A DNA stretch of 64,000 bases from an uncultured Gammaproteobacteria bacterium. Lineage in GTDB: Bacteria > Patescibacteriota > Microgenomatia > UBA10105 > UBA927. The translations under genes and the position numbers were made by a program. Location of the stretch: NCBI GenBank assembly GCA_964609895.1, contig CAZSTG010000001.1, forward strand, positions 141,897-205,896, written 5' to 3'. Positions 10,915-21,055 of this stretch are shown one piece after another; the stretch's first letter is position 1, and each line of letters begins with the position of its first letter. The notes below the pieces were generated by a model, which was not told the DNA's origin, did not search any database, and saw only the letters and a list, made by a program, of their open reading frames with translations.

Positions 10915-11160
10915 ATGGCAACAGAAAAAACAACCAAAGGAAAAGCACTGCAGGGAAAAGTCATTTCAAAAAAAATGAACAAGACGATTGTTGTGGAAAT
11001 TGGACATATGTTCCGACATCCGTTATACAGGAAAGCAACACGGACAACGAAACGATATCTGGTGCATTCGGAAAATGATGCAGTGCAGGTGGGCGACATG
11101 GTAACGATTACTGAAACACGACCGATAAGCAAATTGAAACGATTTATTGTAAAGGCATAA
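10915..11160 (+). CDS. rpsQ: 30S ribosomal protein S17
   Basis: 81 aa, GKVISKKMNKTIVVEI...HDENNEAKVGD-like pattern. Confidence 0.9.
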   Translation: MATEKTTKGKALQGKVISKKMNKTIVVEIGHMFRHPLYRKATRTTKRYLVHSENDAVQVGDMVTITETRPISKLKRFIVKA

Positions 11161-11161
11161 T

Positions 11162-11530
11162 ATGATTCAACGAAGAACAGAATTAAAGTCGGCAGATAAC
11201 AGCGGTGTGCAATGGATGACCGTAACGCATATTTACGGATCTTCGCTTCGGAAATTTGCAACCCTCGGCGATATTGTGCAGTGTGTAGTGAAGAAGGCCG
11301 ATCCGACCGGAATCGTCAAAGACGATGAGCTGGTGAAAGTGGTTATTGTCAGGACACATAAAGAATACAGACGAAAAGACGGATCATATATCCGGTTCGA
11401 TGAAAATGCGGGAGTTGTCATCGATGCAGACGGCAACCCACGAGGAACACGTATCTTCGGGCCGATTGCCCGTGAGATTAAAGAAAAGGGTTTTGATAAA
11501 ATAGCCAGTATGTCTTTGGAGATGTTTTAA
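11162..11530 (+). CDS. rplN: 50S ribosomal protein L14
   Basis: MIQRRTELKSADNSG... typical L14. Confidence 0.95.
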   Translation: MIQRRTELKSADNSGVQWMTVTHIYGSSLRKFATLGDIVQCVVKKADPTGIVKDDELVKVVIVRTHKEYRRKDGSYIRFDENAGVVIDADGNPRGTRIFGPIAREIKEKGFDKIASMSLEMF

Positions 11531-11532
11531 CT

Positions 11533-11838
11533 ATGAAATTTAAAAAAGGTGATGAAATCATCGTAACAATCGGAAAAGATAAAGGTCGAAAAGGAAAAAT
11601 TGAAAAAGTGTTTCCTCAGGAAAACACGGTGGTGGTTAGCGGCGTGAATATGTATAAACGACATGCAAAACGCCGAGATGATAAACATCCGGGCGGCATC
11701 ATTGAAAAACCGCGACCGCTTGCTGTTGGAAAAATTGCGTTGGTGTGTCCAAAATGCGGAAAACAGACACGAATTGGATATACCGTTGCGGCGAAAGAAA
11801 AATATCGGGTGTGTAAAAAATGCGAAGCAAAAATATAA
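11533..11838 (+). CDS. rplX: 50S ribosomal protein L24 with C-terminal Cys4 zinc-ribbon extension (CPKCG...CKKC)
   Basis: KOW motif MKFKKGDEIIVTIGKDKGRKGKI. C-terminal CxxC...CxxC read directly from translation. Confidence 0.9.
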   Translation: MKFKKGDEIIVTIGKDKGRKGKIEKVFPQENTVVVSGVNMYKRHAKRRDDKHPGGIIEKPRPLAVGKIALVCPKCGKQTRIGYTVAAKEKYRVCKKCEAKI

Positions 11839-11840
11839 CT

Positions 11841-12380
11841 ATGACAACCTTGGAACAACACTATCGTGAAGATATCGTACCAAAGCTTATGAATGAGCTG
11901 GGTATAAAAAATAAAATGGCAACACCAAAACTGTTAAAAGTGGTGATTAACTGCGGACTCGGAGAAGCGCTCAAAGATAAAAAAATTGCGGAAAAAGTGG
12001 CGGAACAGCTCGGGCTTATTACTGGGCAAAAACCGGTAATCACGAAGGCAAAGGTTGCCATTTCATCGTTCAAGCTTAGGGAAAACGACGTTATTGGTGT
12101 GAAAGTAACGCTTCGCGGAAAACGGATGTATGACTTTATTTCCAGACTCGTGGGAATTGCACTTCCCCGCGTCCGTGATTTCCGAGGTATTCCCACAAAG
12201 GGATTTGACGGACATGGAAATTACACCATGGGCATTGCGGAGCAAACTATATTTCCCGACCTTGAATATGCAGTTGTCGATCGGGTACGGGGATTTGAAG
12301 CGACATTTGTGACGACTGCTGAATCAGACGAACAGGCAAAAAAATTATTACAGTTGTTAGGTATGCCGTTTGCGGCGTAA
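11841..12380 (+). CDS. rplE: 50S ribosomal protein L5
   Basis: ATG 11841 right after the L24 stop. L5 pattern (...[15 protein letters not shown]...). Confidence 0.93.
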   Translation: MTTLEQHYREDIVPKLMNELGIKNKMATPKLLKVVINCGLGEALKDKKIAEKVAEQLGLITGQKPVITKAKVAISSFKLRENDVIGVKVTLRGKRMYDFISRLVGIALPRVRDFRGIPTKGFDGHGNYTMGIAEQTIFPDLEYAVVDRVRGFEATFVTTAESDEQAKKLLQLLGMPFAA

Positions 12381-12387
12381 GGAAACT

Positions 12388-12573
12388 ATGGCAAAAACAT
12401 CTGATGTCGTTAAATTTGATAGTAAACAAAAATTTGCGGTTCGGCATAAGAACCGATGTAATTTGTGCGGAAGATCACGTGCGTATATGCGGAAGTTCGG
12501 TATTTGCAGGATCTGTTTTCGGGATCTTGCGCATAAAGGCGAATTGCCGGGAGTCGTAAAGGCATCGTGGTAA
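12388..12573 (+). CDS. rpsN: 30S ribosomal protein S14, zinc-binding type Z (61 aa)
   Basis: MAKTS...[33 protein letters not shown]: C4 motif of type Z S14. ATG 12388 chosen, giving 61 aa. Confidence 0.92.
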   Translation: MAKTSDVVKFDSKQKFAVRHKNRCNLCGRSRAYMRKFGICRICFRDLAHKGELPGVVKASW

Positions 12574-12586
12574 AGGGGAATACATT

Positions 12587-12979
12587 ATGGTAAATGATCC
12601 TATTGGAGACATGTTAATACAGATAAAGAATGCCCAAGCAGCGGGAAAGAAGAGTGTGGATTTGCCATACTCGAATATGAAGGCTGCGCTCGGGGAAATT
12701 CTTGTGGCTGAAAAATATATTGAAAGCATCAAAAAAACAGGAACCGAACCGAAATTTGTATTACATATTGTGCTTCGGGAGGTAGACGGCGTATTCGCAA
12801 TTTCAGGAGTCAGGCGGGTCAGCAAACCGGGACTTCGCTGGTATATTGATAAAAACGAAATTCCCCGTGTATTTTCCGGAATGGGAACAGCAATACTTTC
12901 AACATCGAAAGGTATGATGACGGGACGAGCGGCAAAAAAACTCGGAATCGGCGGAGAATTATTGTGTGAAGTTTGGTAA
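12587..12979 (+). CDS. rpsH: 30S ribosomal protein S8
   Basis: MVNDPIGDMLIQIKNAQ... typical S8. Confidence 0.95.
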   Translation: MVNDPIGDMLIQIKNAQAAGKKSVDLPYSNMKAALGEILVAEKYIESIKKTGTEPKFVLHIVLREVDGVFAISGVRRVSKPGLRWYIDKNEIPRVFSGMGTAILSTSKGMMTGRAAKKLGIGGELLCEVW

Positions 12980-12991
12980 AAAGGGGAACAT

Positions 12992-13549
12992 ATGTCACGA
13001 ATAGGAACAGCACTCATTGAATACAAGGATGCAACCATCACCATGGATGGGAATATGCTTCTGGTTAAAGGAGCAAAAGGCCAATTGTCACTTGCCATTC
13101 CAGAAGACATTACGGTGGAAGACAAAGACAAGACAGTGACAGTGTCATGTGGAAAACAGGACAAGAAACACAACGCATTACATGGATTCGTGAGAGCTGA
13201 GATTGCAAATATGATAACGGGTGTGACAACGGGCTGGACAAAATCGCTGGAAATGACCGGAGTTGGATACAGAGCTACGATGTCAGGAAATAATCTTGTG
13301 TTGTCCGTCGGTTTTTCCCATCAGGTGACCATTGTACCGCCCGAAGGGATAACAATTTCTGTCGTAGAAGGAAAGATTGTGGTGTCGGGGGCAAATAAAC
13401 AGCTTGTCGGACAAATCGCCGCGAACATTCGGGAAGTACGGAAACCAGAGCCGTACAAAGGAAAAGGAATTAAATACGTCGGAGAACATATCAGAAAGAA
13501 AGCAGGGAAATCAGCAAAGGCAATTGGAGGCGCAGGAGCTGCAAAATAA
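12992..13549 (+). CDS. rplF: 50S ribosomal protein L6
   Basis: 185 aa, MSRIG...two-domain L6 pattern. Confidence 0.93.
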   Translation: MSRIGTALIEYKDATITMDGNMLLVKGAKGQLSLAIPEDITVEDKDKTVTVSCGKQDKKHNALHGFVRAEIANMITGVTTGWTKSLEMTGVGYRATMSGNNLVLSVGFSHQVTIVPPEGITISVVEGKIVVSGANKQLVGQIAANIREVRKPEPYKGKGIKYVGEHIRKKAGKSAKAIGGAGAAK

Positions 13550-13561
13550 GGGAGTACATGT

Positions 13562-13900
13562 ATGTTAAAAAGAATTTCAAAAAAACTCATTCAATCAAAA
13601 CGGGTAGCCAGAATCCGTGCAAAAGTACGTGGAACTGAAACGCGGCCTCGGCTTTCCGTCTACCGTTCCAATCAGAAACTGATGGTGCAGGTGATAGATG
13701 ATGTGAAAAAGCTGACTGTTTTTTCTGTGCAGGGCGAAGGTAAAAATATTGCTAGCGCGAAAAAACTCGGCGAAGAGGTCGTTAAAAAAGCGAAGACAAA
13801 AAATATCGCAAGCATGGTGTTTGATAGAGGCGGATATAAATATCACGGCGTGGTGAAGCAGATTGCGGATACAATCCGTGAGGGAGGAATTACTATATGA
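13562..13900 (+). CDS. rplR: 50S ribosomal protein L18
   Basis: 112 aa, ...RPRLSVYRSNQ... L18 pattern. Confidence 0.92.
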   Translation: MLKRISKKLIQSKRVARIRAKVRGTETRPRLSVYRSNQKLMVQVIDDVKKLTVFSVQGEGKNIASAKKLGEEVVKKAKTKNIASMVFDRGGYKYHGVVKQIADTIREGGITI

Positions 13901-14361
13901 TTGATCAACATCGCATGCCTTCAGAGTTTGAGGAAAAAGTAGTCCAAGTCAACCGTGTTTCCAAAAAAACCAAAGGCGGAAATAAAATCGGATTTTCCGT
14001 GCTGATTGTTGTGGGCGACAAAAAGGGGAAAGTGGGAGTGGGATTAGGCGGAGCTCCTGATGTGTCAAGTGCAGTAAAGAAAGCGGTTGTCTATGCAAAA
14101 AAACACATGATAGTTGTTCCGATGCACAATAAAACCATTCCGCATGAAGTTCGGGTAAAACGCGGAGCTGCAATTATTTTGATTAAACCGGCACCACCGG
14201 GAACCGGAGTTATCGCAGGCGGTGCAGTCCGTTCTGTTATGGAAGCGGCAGGAGTGAAAGATGTGGTGTCAAAAATTCTTGGAAGCAAAAATCAGGCATC
14301 CAATGTGTATGCAACCATGGAAGCACTCAAAAAATTAAAAACAGTGACAGTACGAAAGTAA
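13897..14361 (+). CDS. rpsE: 30S ribosomal protein S5
   Basis: ATGA overlap with rplR. ...VNRVSKKTKGGNKIGFSVLIVVGD... S5 pattern. Confidence 0.95.
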   Translation: MIDQHRMPSEFEEKVVQVNRVSKKTKGGNKIGFSVLIVVGDKKGKVGVGLGGAPDVSSAVKKAVVYAKKHMIVVPMHNKTIPHEVRVKRGAAIILIKPAPPGTGVIAGGAVRSVMEAAGVKDVVSKILGSKNQASNVYATMEALKKLKTVTVRK

Positions 14362-14368
14362 AAATTGT

Positions 14369-14800
14369 ATGAAACGAACATCTTTACCATCTATCGTAGC
14401 ACGGACAAAGAAAAGAATCGGTCGCGGTCATGGGTCCGGAAAAGTAAAAACGGCCGGTCGTGGAACCAAAGGACAGAATGCGCGTGATCACATGCCTATC
14501 GGATTTGAGGGAGGTCAACTCTCACTTACCAAACGGCTCCCGCTTCTTCGCGGCAAACTCAGAAATCATTCACAGAAACCGGTAGTTTCGGAAGTGCAGC
14601 TTGCAACACTCGCGAAACTTCCCGCGGGAGAAATCACTCGTGAAGTACTCATCAAACACGGATGTATCCAAAAAGATGCAAAACGGATTAAAGTGCTGGG
14701 AACAGCAAAACTTGGGGCAGCATATATCGTGCACGTCCCATGTTCAAAAGGAAGTTTGAAATCTATTACGGCAGCCGGCGGAAAAGTGGTTGTTGAATAA
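14369..14800 (+). CDS. rplO: 50S ribosomal protein L15 (no L30 gene between S5 and L15)
   Basis: ...GRGHGSGKVKTAGRGTKGQNAR... L15 pattern. Only 7 nt separate it from the rpsE stop. Confidence 0.93.
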   Translation: MKRTSLPSIVARTKKRIGRGHGSGKVKTAGRGTKGQNARDHMPIGFEGGQLSLTKRLPLLRGKLRNHSQKPVVSEVQLATLAKLPAGEITREVLIKHGCIQKDAKRIKVLGTAKLGAAYIVHVPCSKGSLKSITAAGGKVVVE

Positions 14801-14837
14801 CACCGGTTGTTCGTAGTATTGTAGATTGTGTTCAACC

Positions 14838-16127
14838 ATGAATACGCTACTTGCACCACTGATAAACAGTTGGAAAACGCCTGCGCTTCGAAGGAAAATA
14901 CTCTTAACCGCCGGACTTTTTGTCATATTCAGATTGTTTGCGCATATTCCGATTCCGGGTGTCGACACGACGCGACTTGCAGTGTTGTTTTCCCAAAATC
15001 AATTTTTGGCGCTTCTTGATGTGTTTTCTGGCGGCACACTCGTGAATTTTTCCATCCTCGCACTCGGAATCAATCCATACATCAACGCCTCGATTATCCT
15101 ACAACTGCTGCAGATTGTGTTTCCGAAACTGGAAGAGCTTGCAAAAGAAGGGGAATCAGGAAGGGAACAAATCAATCAGTACACGAGATTTCTCACCGTA
15201 CCGCTTGCGGTGGTACAGGCAGTCGGCATGGTGGCGCTTCTCCGAAATCAGGGTATTATTGCACATATCAATCCCCTGACACTTCTCACTATCGTGCTGA
15301 CGATGACGGCTGGCACAATGTTTGTGATGTGGCTTGGAGAATTGATTACCGAATACGGAATAGGCAACGGCATTTCGCTTTTGATATTTGCAGGCATTGT
15401 CGGGCGAATGCCCGTCGTCTTCGGACAGACAATCACAACAGCGACTGCGGAGTCAGTGATGAATCTGGCGTTTGTCGCTATGCTGGGATTTGTCGTCATT
15501 GCGGCAACCGTTATTGTCAATGAGGCGGTGAGAAAAGTGTCCGTACAATACGCGCGCCGTGTCAGGGGAAACAAGATTTACGGCGGCGGATCCTCGTTTT
15601 TGCCGCTTCGGGTGAATCAGGCGGGGGTTATCCCAATTATTTTTGCCGTGTCCATGGTACTGTTGCCATCGCTGCTCGGAGGGTTTTTAGGTCAACTGCC
15701 GAATGCCGGTCTTGCATCCTTCGGGAAAGGGATGTCAGCTCTTTTTAATCCGAACGGCATATTTTATAATCTTTTTTATTTTGTACTTGTAATCGGTTTT
15801 ACCTATTTTTATACCGCCATCACGTTCAATCCGAAAAAAATTTCTGAAGAAATTCAAAAATACGGCGGATTCATACCCGGTATCCGTCCGGGTGTTCCGA
15901 CGGCGAATTACTTAAACTACATATTGACGCGCATTACGCTCGCAGGCGCCATTTTTCTTGGAATTATCGCCATTCTGCCTTCTCTTGCCAGAGGGATAAC
16001 GGGAATGACAACACTTCTTATCGGTGGAACAAGCGTACTTATCGTTGTTTCGGTCGTTCTTGAAACAGTCAAGACGCTTGAAGCGCAACTCGTCATGCGC
16101 AATTATGACGGCTTTTTAAAGGATTAA
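14838..16127 (+). CDS. secY: preprotein translocase subunit SecY
   Basis: 10-TM SecY pattern. ATG at 14838 preferred over the TTG at 14826 that heads the ORF-track entry. Confidence 0.93.
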   Translation: MNTLLAPLINSWKTPALRRKILLTAGLFVIFRLFAHIPIPGVDTTRLAVLFSQNQFLALLDVFSGGTLVNFSILALGINPYINASIILQLLQIVFPKLEELAKEGESGREQINQYTRFLTVPLAVVQAVGMVALLRNQGIIAHINPLTLLTIVLTMTAGTMFVMWLGELITEYGIGNGISLLIFAGIVGRMPVVFGQTITTATAESVMNLAFVAMLGFVVIAATVIVNEAVRKVSVQYARRVRGNKIYGGGSSFLPLRVNQAGVIPIIFAVSMVLLPSLLGGFLGQLPNAGLASFGKGMSALFNPNGIFYNLFYFVLVIGFTYFYTAITFNPKKISEEIQKYGGFIPGIRPGVPTANYLNYILTRITLAGAIFLGIIAILPSLARGITGMTTLLIGGTSVLIVVSVVLETVKTLEAQLVMRNYDGFLKD

Positions 16128-16213
16128 TTTTTTAGGATTCTTGCTATTCACGAGAAAAACAGAAAAAGAAGAGTGTCTTCGTGTTTTTGAAGTGGATAGT
16201 GAGTCTAATAGTC

Positions 16214-16819
16214 ATGCATATAGTATTTTTTGGCCCAGAAGGATCAGGGAAGGGAACGCAGGCAAAATTATTGGCAGATGAATTAAAAATTCCTATTTTA
16301 ACGAGCGGTGATTTGGTGCGGGATGCAGCAGCAAACGACAAAGGCATTATCGGAGCGGTATGTAAACAAGCACTCGAAGAGGGAAAATATGTTGCAAACA
16401 GTGAAATGGAAGTATTGTGGAAGTGGAGACTCAAAGAAGACGATGCAAAAGGCGCATGGATTATGGATGGATATCCAAGAAATGTCGAACAGGTAAAATT
16501 TCTTGACGACAAGATTGATAAGTACGGATATAAAGTTGAACTTGTCATTTTCTTAGATCTTCCTGAAGATGTATCGTATGAACGATTAATTAAACGCGGT
16601 CGACCGATGTATCCGGGAAGTACAGAACTCCATGATTCCCCAGAACGGATTAAAAGCAGACTTGCGATTTATAAAGAAGGTGAGAAAGCAGTTTTGGATT
16701 ATTACACAACATCCGGTGTTACACTTGTCCATATAAATGCCCATCAGAGTGTTGAGCAAGTGCATACAGATATCATGAAGGCAGTGGAAGAGTGCAAAAA
16801 GAAAACGGGGTGCAAATAA
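16214..16819 (+). CDS. adk: adenylate kinase (short lid, no zinc knuckle)
   Basis: Homology starts at MHIVFFGPEGSGKGTQA (P-loop), ATG 16214. Upstream extension of the ORF is hydrophobic and non-homologous. Confidence 0.9.
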   Translation: MHIVFFGPEGSGKGTQAKLLADELKIPILTSGDLVRDAAANDKGIIGAVCKQALEEGKYVANSEMEVLWKWRLKEDDAKGAWIMDGYPRNVEQVKFLDDKIDKYGYKVELVIFLDLPEDVSYERLIKRGRPMYPGSTELHDSPERIKSRLAIYKEGEKAVLDYYTTSGVTLVHINAHQSVEQVHTDIMKAVEECKKKTGCK

Positions 16820-16821
16820 TT

Positions 16822-17505
16822 ATGGCGCTGCAAATTGCTATTGACGGACCGGTTGCCGCAGGGAAAGGAGATATTGCAGCCCGTCTTGCACAAAAACTGC
16901 ATCTTCTCTATATCTATACCGGTGCCATGTACCGCATGCTTGCGCTTGCCTGCATTACTGACGGTGTAGCAACGAAAGATGAACAGGGAGTGTATGCTGT
17001 ACTTGGGAAAAGTTCTATTGAGCTTGCAAGACCGCCAAAAGGAAGCGTGGAGACATTTATTGCGAAATTAAACGGTACGGATGTGACAGCGCGCATTATG
17101 GAACCGGATGTGGCAGCGGGAGCATCAGATGTTGCTGTGTTTCCAAGTGTCCGGAAAGAAATGGTTATACGACAGCAACAGATTGCAGATGACAAGCCGG
17201 TCGTTATGGAGGGAAGAGACATTGGTCTTCGTGTGTTACCTCATGCGCAGTTAAAAATATTTTTAACTGCATCTCTTGAAGAACGTGCACGAAGGCGGTT
17301 TGATCAATGGAGACAAAAAGGAATTGCTGTTTCCATGGACAAAGTTATTGAAGAAACAAAAGCTCGTGACGCACAGGATATGGGGAGAGTAACTGATCCG
17401 TTGCAAAAACTTTCGGACGCATGGGAGCTTGATTCAACAACAATGACGCAGGAAGAAGTCGTTCATGCTATTGTGAAGGAGCTCACCAAGAGGAAGCTTA
17501 TATGA
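16822..17505 (+). CDS. cmk: cytidylate kinase
   Basis: MALQIAIDGPVAAGKGDIA... P-loop. ATG 16822 directly after the adk TAA. Confidence 0.85.
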   Translation: MALQIAIDGPVAAGKGDIAARLAQKLHLLYIYTGAMYRMLALACITDGVATKDEQGVYAVLGKSSIELARPPKGSVETFIAKLNGTDVTARIMEPDVAAGASDVAVFPSVRKEMVIRQQQIADDKPVVMEGRDIGLRVLPHAQLKIFLTASLEERARRRFDQWRQKGIAVSMDKVIEETKARDAQDMGRVTDPLQKLSDAWELDSTTMTQEEVVHAIVKELTKRKLI

Positions 17506-18272
17506 TTGCGCCAAAAACACCAGAAGAAATACACGCGATGAAAGTAGGTGGGGAAAAATTAGGGAAAATATTGCAGGAATTACTGGTTGTTTCTACGCCA
17601 GGAACTAGACTTCTTGATTTGGAGGAGATGGCACAAAAACGCATTCAGGAAGCAGGCGGTCTTCCTTCATTTTCAACTGTGGGTGACTATCGATGGGCGA
17701 CGTGTCTTTGCGTCAATGATGTTGTTGTTCATGGAATCCCTTCCGAGTATCGGCTGCAAGCCGGTGATATGTTTACGATTGACATCGGTATGATTTATCA
17801 GGGGTTGCATACAGATACCGCTTGGAGCATGATTGTCGGTGAAGAACAGGATAAAACTGAACGCAAAAAACGGTTTCTTACCGTCGGCGAAGACACATTA
17901 TGGAAAGCAATCGCGGTTGCCAAAGCAGGAAACAGGATCGGCAATATTTCCGAAGTCATTCAGCGGGAGATCGAAGGTGCAGGATATAGTGTCATCAAGG
18001 ATCTGACTGGGCACGGGGTCGGAAGAAAGCTTCATGAAGAACCGATGATTCCTGAATACGTCAGGGGGGATATTGCACGTACACCGCTTCTTGTCTCCGG
18101 CATGACCATTGCCATTGAGGTGATCTACGCCGAAGGGAAGGGTACGATTGAATATGTGGGGGATGACGGTTGGGCGTTGGCTTCCCGCGACAGGTCACTG
18201 ACCGCCACATTCGAACATACAATCGCCATTGGCGATCCAGAAAGCACCGTGTTGACCAAACCGGAAAATTGA
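17502..18272 (+). CDS. map: methionine aminopeptidase type I
   Basis: 256 aa, pita-bread fold motifs (...DIGMIYQGLHTDTAW..., ...HGVGRKLHEEP...). Confidence 0.9.
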   Translation: MIAPKTPEEIHAMKVGGEKLGKILQELLVVSTPGTRLLDLEEMAQKRIQEAGGLPSFSTVGDYRWATCLCVNDVVVHGIPSEYRLQAGDMFTIDIGMIYQGLHTDTAWSMIVGEEQDKTERKKRFLTVGEDTLWKAIAVAKAGNRIGNISEVIQREIEGAGYSVIKDLTGHGVGRKLHEEPMIPEYVRGDIARTPLLVSGMTIAIEVIYAEGKGTIEYVGDDGWALASRDRSLTATFEHTIAIGDPESTVLTKPEN

Positions 18273-18293
18273 GGTAAAATAAAGCACTAACAC

Positions 18294-18348
18294 CCGCTTA
18301 TTTATGAGTTGGGTAATCCAACGTTCAAAAGCGGTAGTTATTTTTTTT
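18294..18348 (+). terminator. compound hairpin (CCGCTT...AAGCGG enclosing GTTGG-gtaat-CCAAC) followed by T8
   Basis: Nested inverted repeats and T-run between map and infA. Confidence 0.5.
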
Positions 18349-18356
18349 GCGTATTT

Positions 18357-18575
18357 ATGGCACATCAGGGAAATATAGAAGTCGAAGGAGAAGTGCTTGA
18401 ATGTTTGCCGAATACGCTGTTTCGGGTCAAGTTGCCGAATGGGGTGATTGTTCTTTGTCATCTGTCCGGAAAAATGCGCTTAAATTATATCCGCATCATG
18501 CCGGGAGACAAAGTGAGAATTGAAATGACACCGTACGACGCAACAAAAGGGAGAATAACGTATCGAGTCAGGTAA
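18357..18575 (+). CDS. infA: translation initiation factor IF-1
   Basis: [29 protein letters not shown]... S1-like OB fold. ATG 18357. Confidence 0.93.
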   Translation: MAHQGNIEVEGEVLECLPNTLFRVKLPNGVIVLCHLSGKMRLNYIRIMPGDKVRIEMTPYDATKGRITYRVR

Positions 18576-18579
18576 ATAT

Positions 18580-18693
18580 ATGAAAGTCCGAGCAAGTGTA
18601 AAAGTCATGTGTGATAAATGTAAAATCGTCCGCAGACGCGGACGGGTGTTTGTGATTTGTGAAAATCCCAAACATAAACAGCGACAGGGATAA
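18580..18693 (+). CDS. rpmJ: 50S ribosomal protein L36 (37 aa; absent from ORF track)
   Basis: Translated by hand: [37 protein letters not shown], with C-x2-C...C...H zinc ribbon. Sits between infA and rpsM as expected. Confidence 0.9.
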   Translation: MKVRASVKVMCDKCKIVRRRGRVFVICENPKHKQRQG

Positions 18694-18697
18694 TTAT

Positions 18698-19114
18698 ATG
18701 GCACGTATTTCCGGAGTTGATATACCAAATGAGAAACGGGTGGACATCGCACTCACCTATATCTATGGGATAGGAAGAACCAATGTTCAGTCGGTTCTTG
18801 CATCCGCACACATAGATGCTGCAAGACGGGTGAACACCTTAACTGATGAGGAAATCAGCCATCTTGCAAAAGTTATCGAAAAATCATTCACTGTTGAAGG
18901 AAACCTCAGACAACTCATTGCTTCAAACATCAAAAGACTTCGGGAGATTGCTGCATACAGAGGCGTTAGACATATGAGAAAGTTGCCGTCACGCGGACAA
19001 CGCACACGTTCCAACGGACGGACACAACGGGGACGTCGTTTAACCGTGGGTGCGATGAAAAAAGACGATCGGGCAAAGGTAGAAGCGGCAACGACTGCAG
19101 CGCCGAAGAAATAA
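18698..19114 (+). CDS. rpsM: 30S ribosomal protein S13
   Basis: MARISGVDIPNEKRVDIALTYIYGIG... ATG 18698. Confidence 0.95.
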   Translation: MARISGVDIPNEKRVDIALTYIYGIGRTNVQSVLASAHIDAARRVNTLTDEEISHLAKVIEKSFTVEGNLRQLIASNIKRLREIAAYRGVRHMRKLPSRGQRTRSNGRTQRGRRLTVGAMKKDDRAKVEAATTAAPKK

Positions 19115-19123
19115 GGAAACACT

Positions 19124-19495
19124 ATGGCAAAAACACAAGTAAAAAAAACAGTTGAACACGGAAAAGTATTCATTACCGCTACGTTTAACAACACATTGGT
19201 GACCATAACCGACATACAGGGAAATGCGCTCTATTGGAGTTCATCCGGACTGGTTGGATTTAAAGGCGCACGCAAGGCAACACCATTTGCGGCCACATCC
19301 GCAGTGGAATCCATCGGAAGAAAAGCTTTGGAAAATGGCATGCGGGATGTTGAAGTGTTCATTAAAGGACCGGGAGCCGGACGGGACGCATCACTTAGGG
19401 CGCTCCGTGCGGTAGGATTGAATATTACGCTTATTGCAGATGTTACACCGATTCCACACAATGGAGTCCGGCCAAAGAAAAAGAGGAGAGTCTAA
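19124..19495 (+). CDS. rpsK: 30S ribosomal protein S11
   Basis: ...[24 protein letters not shown]... typical S11. Confidence 0.95.
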   Translation: MAKTQVKKTVEHGKVFITATFNNTLVTITDIQGNALYWSSSGLVGFKGARKATPFAATSAVESIGRKALENGMRDVEVFIKGPGAGRDASLRALRAVGLNITLIADVTPIPHNGVRPKKKRRV

Positions 19496-19496
19496 T

Positions 19497-20117
19497 ATGG
19501 CACGATATACTGGACCGAAAAACAGATTGGCGCGGCGGGAAGGCATGGATTTGGGGTTGAAAACTGTCGGATCTCATGCACATGCGTCGATGCTGAAACG
19601 ATTGACTATTATCCCTGGTCAGCATGGGGTTAAGGGGCGGAAGAAAGTAACAGGATATGGCATTCAGCTTCGTGAAAAGCAAAAAGTGAAACGGTTATAT
19701 GGAGTAATGGAAAAACAATTCAGGAAAGTATTTGCAGAAGCAAAGAAATGGAAGGGAAACACGGGAGATAAGTTGATTGAATATCTGGAGCGACGGCTTG
19801 ACAACACACTTGTCAGAATGAATATCGCACCGACACGGGCAGCAGCCAGACAATGCATCAGTCATGGGCACGTGCTGGTGAATGGGAAAAAACTAACTAT
19901 CCCTTCATACAGAGTAGAAGTGAATGACGTAATGACGCTTGACGCAAAAGGTATGGAAATTCCTTCCATTAAAAAAATGATGGATGAAAAAAGCCCGATT
20001 ATGGCGCCATGGGTTGAGCGAAAAGGACCGGCGGGAAAAGTTGTCAAACTACCGGAGCGGTCGGATGTACAGGAAGACATACAAGAACAATTAATTGTTG
20101 AGTTCTATTCACGCTAA
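19497..20117 (+). CDS. rpsD: 30S ribosomal protein S4
   Basis: MARYTGPKNRLARREG... ATG 19497 immediately after the S11 TAA. Confidence 0.93.
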   Translation: MARYTGPKNRLARREGMDLGLKTVGSHAHASMLKRLTIIPGQHGVKGRKKVTGYGIQLREKQKVKRLYGVMEKQFRKVFAEAKKWKGNTGDKLIEYLERRLDNTLVRMNIAPTRAAARQCISHGHVLVNGKKLTIPSYRVEVNDVMTLDAKGMEIPSIKKMMDEKSPIMAPWVERKGPAGKVVKLPERSDVQEDIQEQLIVEFYSR

Positions 20118-20130
20118 AGGAGAGCGCACT

Positions 20131-21051
20131 ATGTCAGATCCAAATTTTTCGATTAAAACAGAAGTTGAAGAAAAAGCCTACGGACGGTTCCTTGTGGAGC
20201 CGCTTGCGCAGGGGTATGGTCAGACACTCGGTAACAGTTTACGCAGGGTGCTGTTGACATCGCTTTCCGGCTGTGCCGTTACTTCAGTGAAAATCGAAGG
20301 GGTGAAACATCAGTACGCAACACTTCCGGGGTTGAAAGAAGATATTGTTGAATTTTTGCTTAATGTCAAAAAAATCCGTCTTACAATAGAAGGTGAAGAG
20401 ACGGGAAAAATGACGCTTTCTAAAAAAGGTCCGGGAGTGATTACAGCAGGAGACATAGAAACGGGAGCTGGTGTGACTATCGTGAATCCGGAGCTTGTGC
20501 TCGGAACGCTGGCCGACAAAAAGACAGAGCTTGTTATGGAACTGACTGCGCAAAAGGGATTCGGATATGTTACCGCGGATGAACAGCATATTGATGAGAT
20601 CGGGGTTATTCCGCTAGATGCGCTGTATTCGCCGATTGTCCGCGTGAATTACCGTGTCGAAGCGACTCGTGTCGGACGCATGACCAATTTGGATAAATTG
20701 GTGATGGATATCTGGACAGACGGAACAAAATCACCCATTGACGCGCTCAAAAATTCTGCAAAGATTCTTGCGGCTTATTTTGCACAGGTATATGAACCAA
20801 AAACGGCCGGCGTGGAAGAGACAAAAACAATCGCTCCGTCAGTATCTGATGAAGTGGTGAAAATGCGTATTGAAGAACTCGATATTCCAACCCGTATTGT
20901 GAATGCATTATCCAACGGCGGGATTGAAACGATCGGACAACTCTTGAGTGCACCGAATGCGGACTTGATGAAGATCAAGAATCTTGGCGCAAAATCGTTG
21001 TCCATCATTGCAGAGAAACTCAAGGAGAAGGGCGTTACGTTAACGGTCTAA
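20131..21051 (+). CDS. rpoA: DNA-directed RNA polymerase alpha subunit
   Basis: Homology begins MSDPNFSIKTEVEE... N-terminal dimerisation domain plus C-terminal HhH domain. Confidence 0.93.
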   Translation: MSDPNFSIKTEVEEKAYGRFLVEPLAQGYGQTLGNSLRRVLLTSLSGCAVTSVKIEGVKHQYATLPGLKEDIVEFLLNVKKIRLTIEGEETGKMTLSKKGPGVITAGDIETGAGVTIVNPELVLGTLADKKTELVMELTAQKGFGYVTADEQHIDEIGVIPLDALYSPIVRVNYRVEATRVGRMTNLDKLVMDIWTDGTKSPIDALKNSAKILAAYFAQVYEPKTAGVEETKTIAPSVSDEVVKMRIEELDIPTRIVNALSNGGIETIGQLLSAPNADLMKIKNLGAKSLSIIAEKLKEKGVTLTV

Positions 21052-21055
21052 TACT

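Noticed and set aside
16181-16213. Extended N-termini of adk, cmk (16792), rplB (8150), rplE (11820), rpsD (19434), rpoA (20095), engB (60682) and others as given in the ORF track
   Set aside because: Track ORFs begin at the first in-frame start, often TTG or GTG. Homology and the stop of the preceding gene place the real ATG downstream in each case.
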